Assembly: GCA_010909165.1 (NCBI GenBank)
Contig: MU008163.1
Span: forward strand, 868,001-932,000
Reading direction: 5' to 3'
DNA length: 64,000 nt
DNA from: Anthoceros angustus
Taxonomy: Eukaryota; Plantae; Anthocerotophyta
Shown here: piece by piece, positions 63,037 to 64,000 of the stretch
How the letters are laid out: each line of letters begins with the position of its first letter
Numbering within the stretch: position 1 is the stretch's first letter
Notes under the pieces: generated by a model
Told to the model about the DNA's origin: nothing
The model's database searches: none
Seen by the model: the letters and a program-made list of their open reading frames with translations, nothing else
Program-made: the position numbers and the translations under genes

Positions 63037-63965
63037 CACGACAACCGGAATGGGGCAACCTTTCCTCGCTAATGGCCCCAATTCCGGGGAGTACTTGGAT
63101 CAGGGGCTTGTGGCAATAGCGAGTAGTGGAGGTCGTGGTGATCCGAAATTGTTTTCGCCTCCCTTAAGGCAAGGGAATTGTGGTTTAGTGGTCCGGCATC
63201 ATGCACGGTATATTGTTTGGATTTTAAGCTCTCGCCTCGTCATCTCTTTTGACGTTCCTTGAATTTCGAAGTCCACATTAGGTGCTCGCGCGGCAGTGCT
63301 GCACCAGTCCTCTTTCCATGCTAAGGTTGCACCTGCACTAGCCATTCTCGAATATTTATGCAGGATGATGTGCATGACCCCAAGGCGACTGCTGAAGTTT
63401 TGGACAATGAGAGATGGTTTCACATAGGATTCAGTGCGTATTTCAATTTGGAGGGCTACCTTTTCGTTGTCAGCAAGATCAGTGACCTCAGCAACTATAA
63501 AGGCTTTCAGGTGTGTTTTCTTGATGTGTTGCAAGCTCGTACCGGCCTACAAGTATGCGTGTGGCTTTAATTCGCGTGCTGAAACATCCGATATACCATC
63601 TCTGGTCCACGGCCACCCGGATGACAGGGTGCACCAGGAGGAATTGAAAGTTTTTCTGGTCATGCATCCTCAGGTCAAAGATGCTGCAGTCATACCGTGA
63701 GTGTTCAAGTTCTTCGAACGTTCTCCAACGTTTTACCGAGGCTAGCTGGTTCTTCTAAGTGCTTTTAAAAGTGCTTGTTTGCCTAAGCAAGCAGACCTTT
63801 ATACAGTATATATATCCCAGAAGATGAGAAACATGTTTGCCTGCAGGTATCCTGGTTCCATGAGTGTATACACCATTCCCATGGCATGTATAGTACATTG
63901 GACCTTGAAAATTCAACCCACCAAAGACGAGATCAAGTACTACATCGCAGAGAAGGTATACTCAA
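63037..63965 (+). pseudogene. 4CL-like gene, 3' part
   Basis: GELWFSGP; DPKATAEVLDNERWFHIGFSAYFNLEGYLFVVSKISDLSNYKGFQV; EELKVFLVMHPQVKDAAVIP; DEIKYYIAEKV. Confidence 0.8.
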
Positions 63966-64000
63966 GTACTACATAGCAGAGAAGGTATACTTACAGGACT

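Overview
Eukaryotic, repeat-rich land-plant genomic window. A fern/lycophyte-type plant is inferred from the PLS-PPR style, GT-AG intron-containing genes and the TE spectrum. The most interesting feature is a ~9 kb TIR-bounded DNA transposon (11388-20374, with a duplicated left end at 5992). It encodes a DDE transposase on + (DGMDQ / LQLDN..RENKN / GHTH.QID type) and, divergently on -, a large cargo protein in which a ParB/Srx-like domain is followed by a prokaryote-style beta-class amino (N6A/N4C) DNA methyltransferase domain. The MTase part occurs three times because of nested, microhomology-bounded tandem duplications. Host genes are two tandem serine carboxypeptidase-like genes, four phytocyanins with different Cu-ligand sets, a PLS-PPR gene interrupted by a captured ABCG/PDR exon, and a degenerate 4CL-like gene split by a full-length copia element (TSD GATTT). 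Also present are a gag-only small-LTR element, RLE-type LINE remnants, MITEs, minisatellites, long perfect palindromes and a possible degenerate 2OG-Fe(II) dioxygenase. Repeat-derived sequence is full of 1-3 nt indels while the exons I read in the SCPL and phytocyanin genes are clean, so many frameshifts may be consensus errors. All family calls are by-eye motif recognition; no searches were run.
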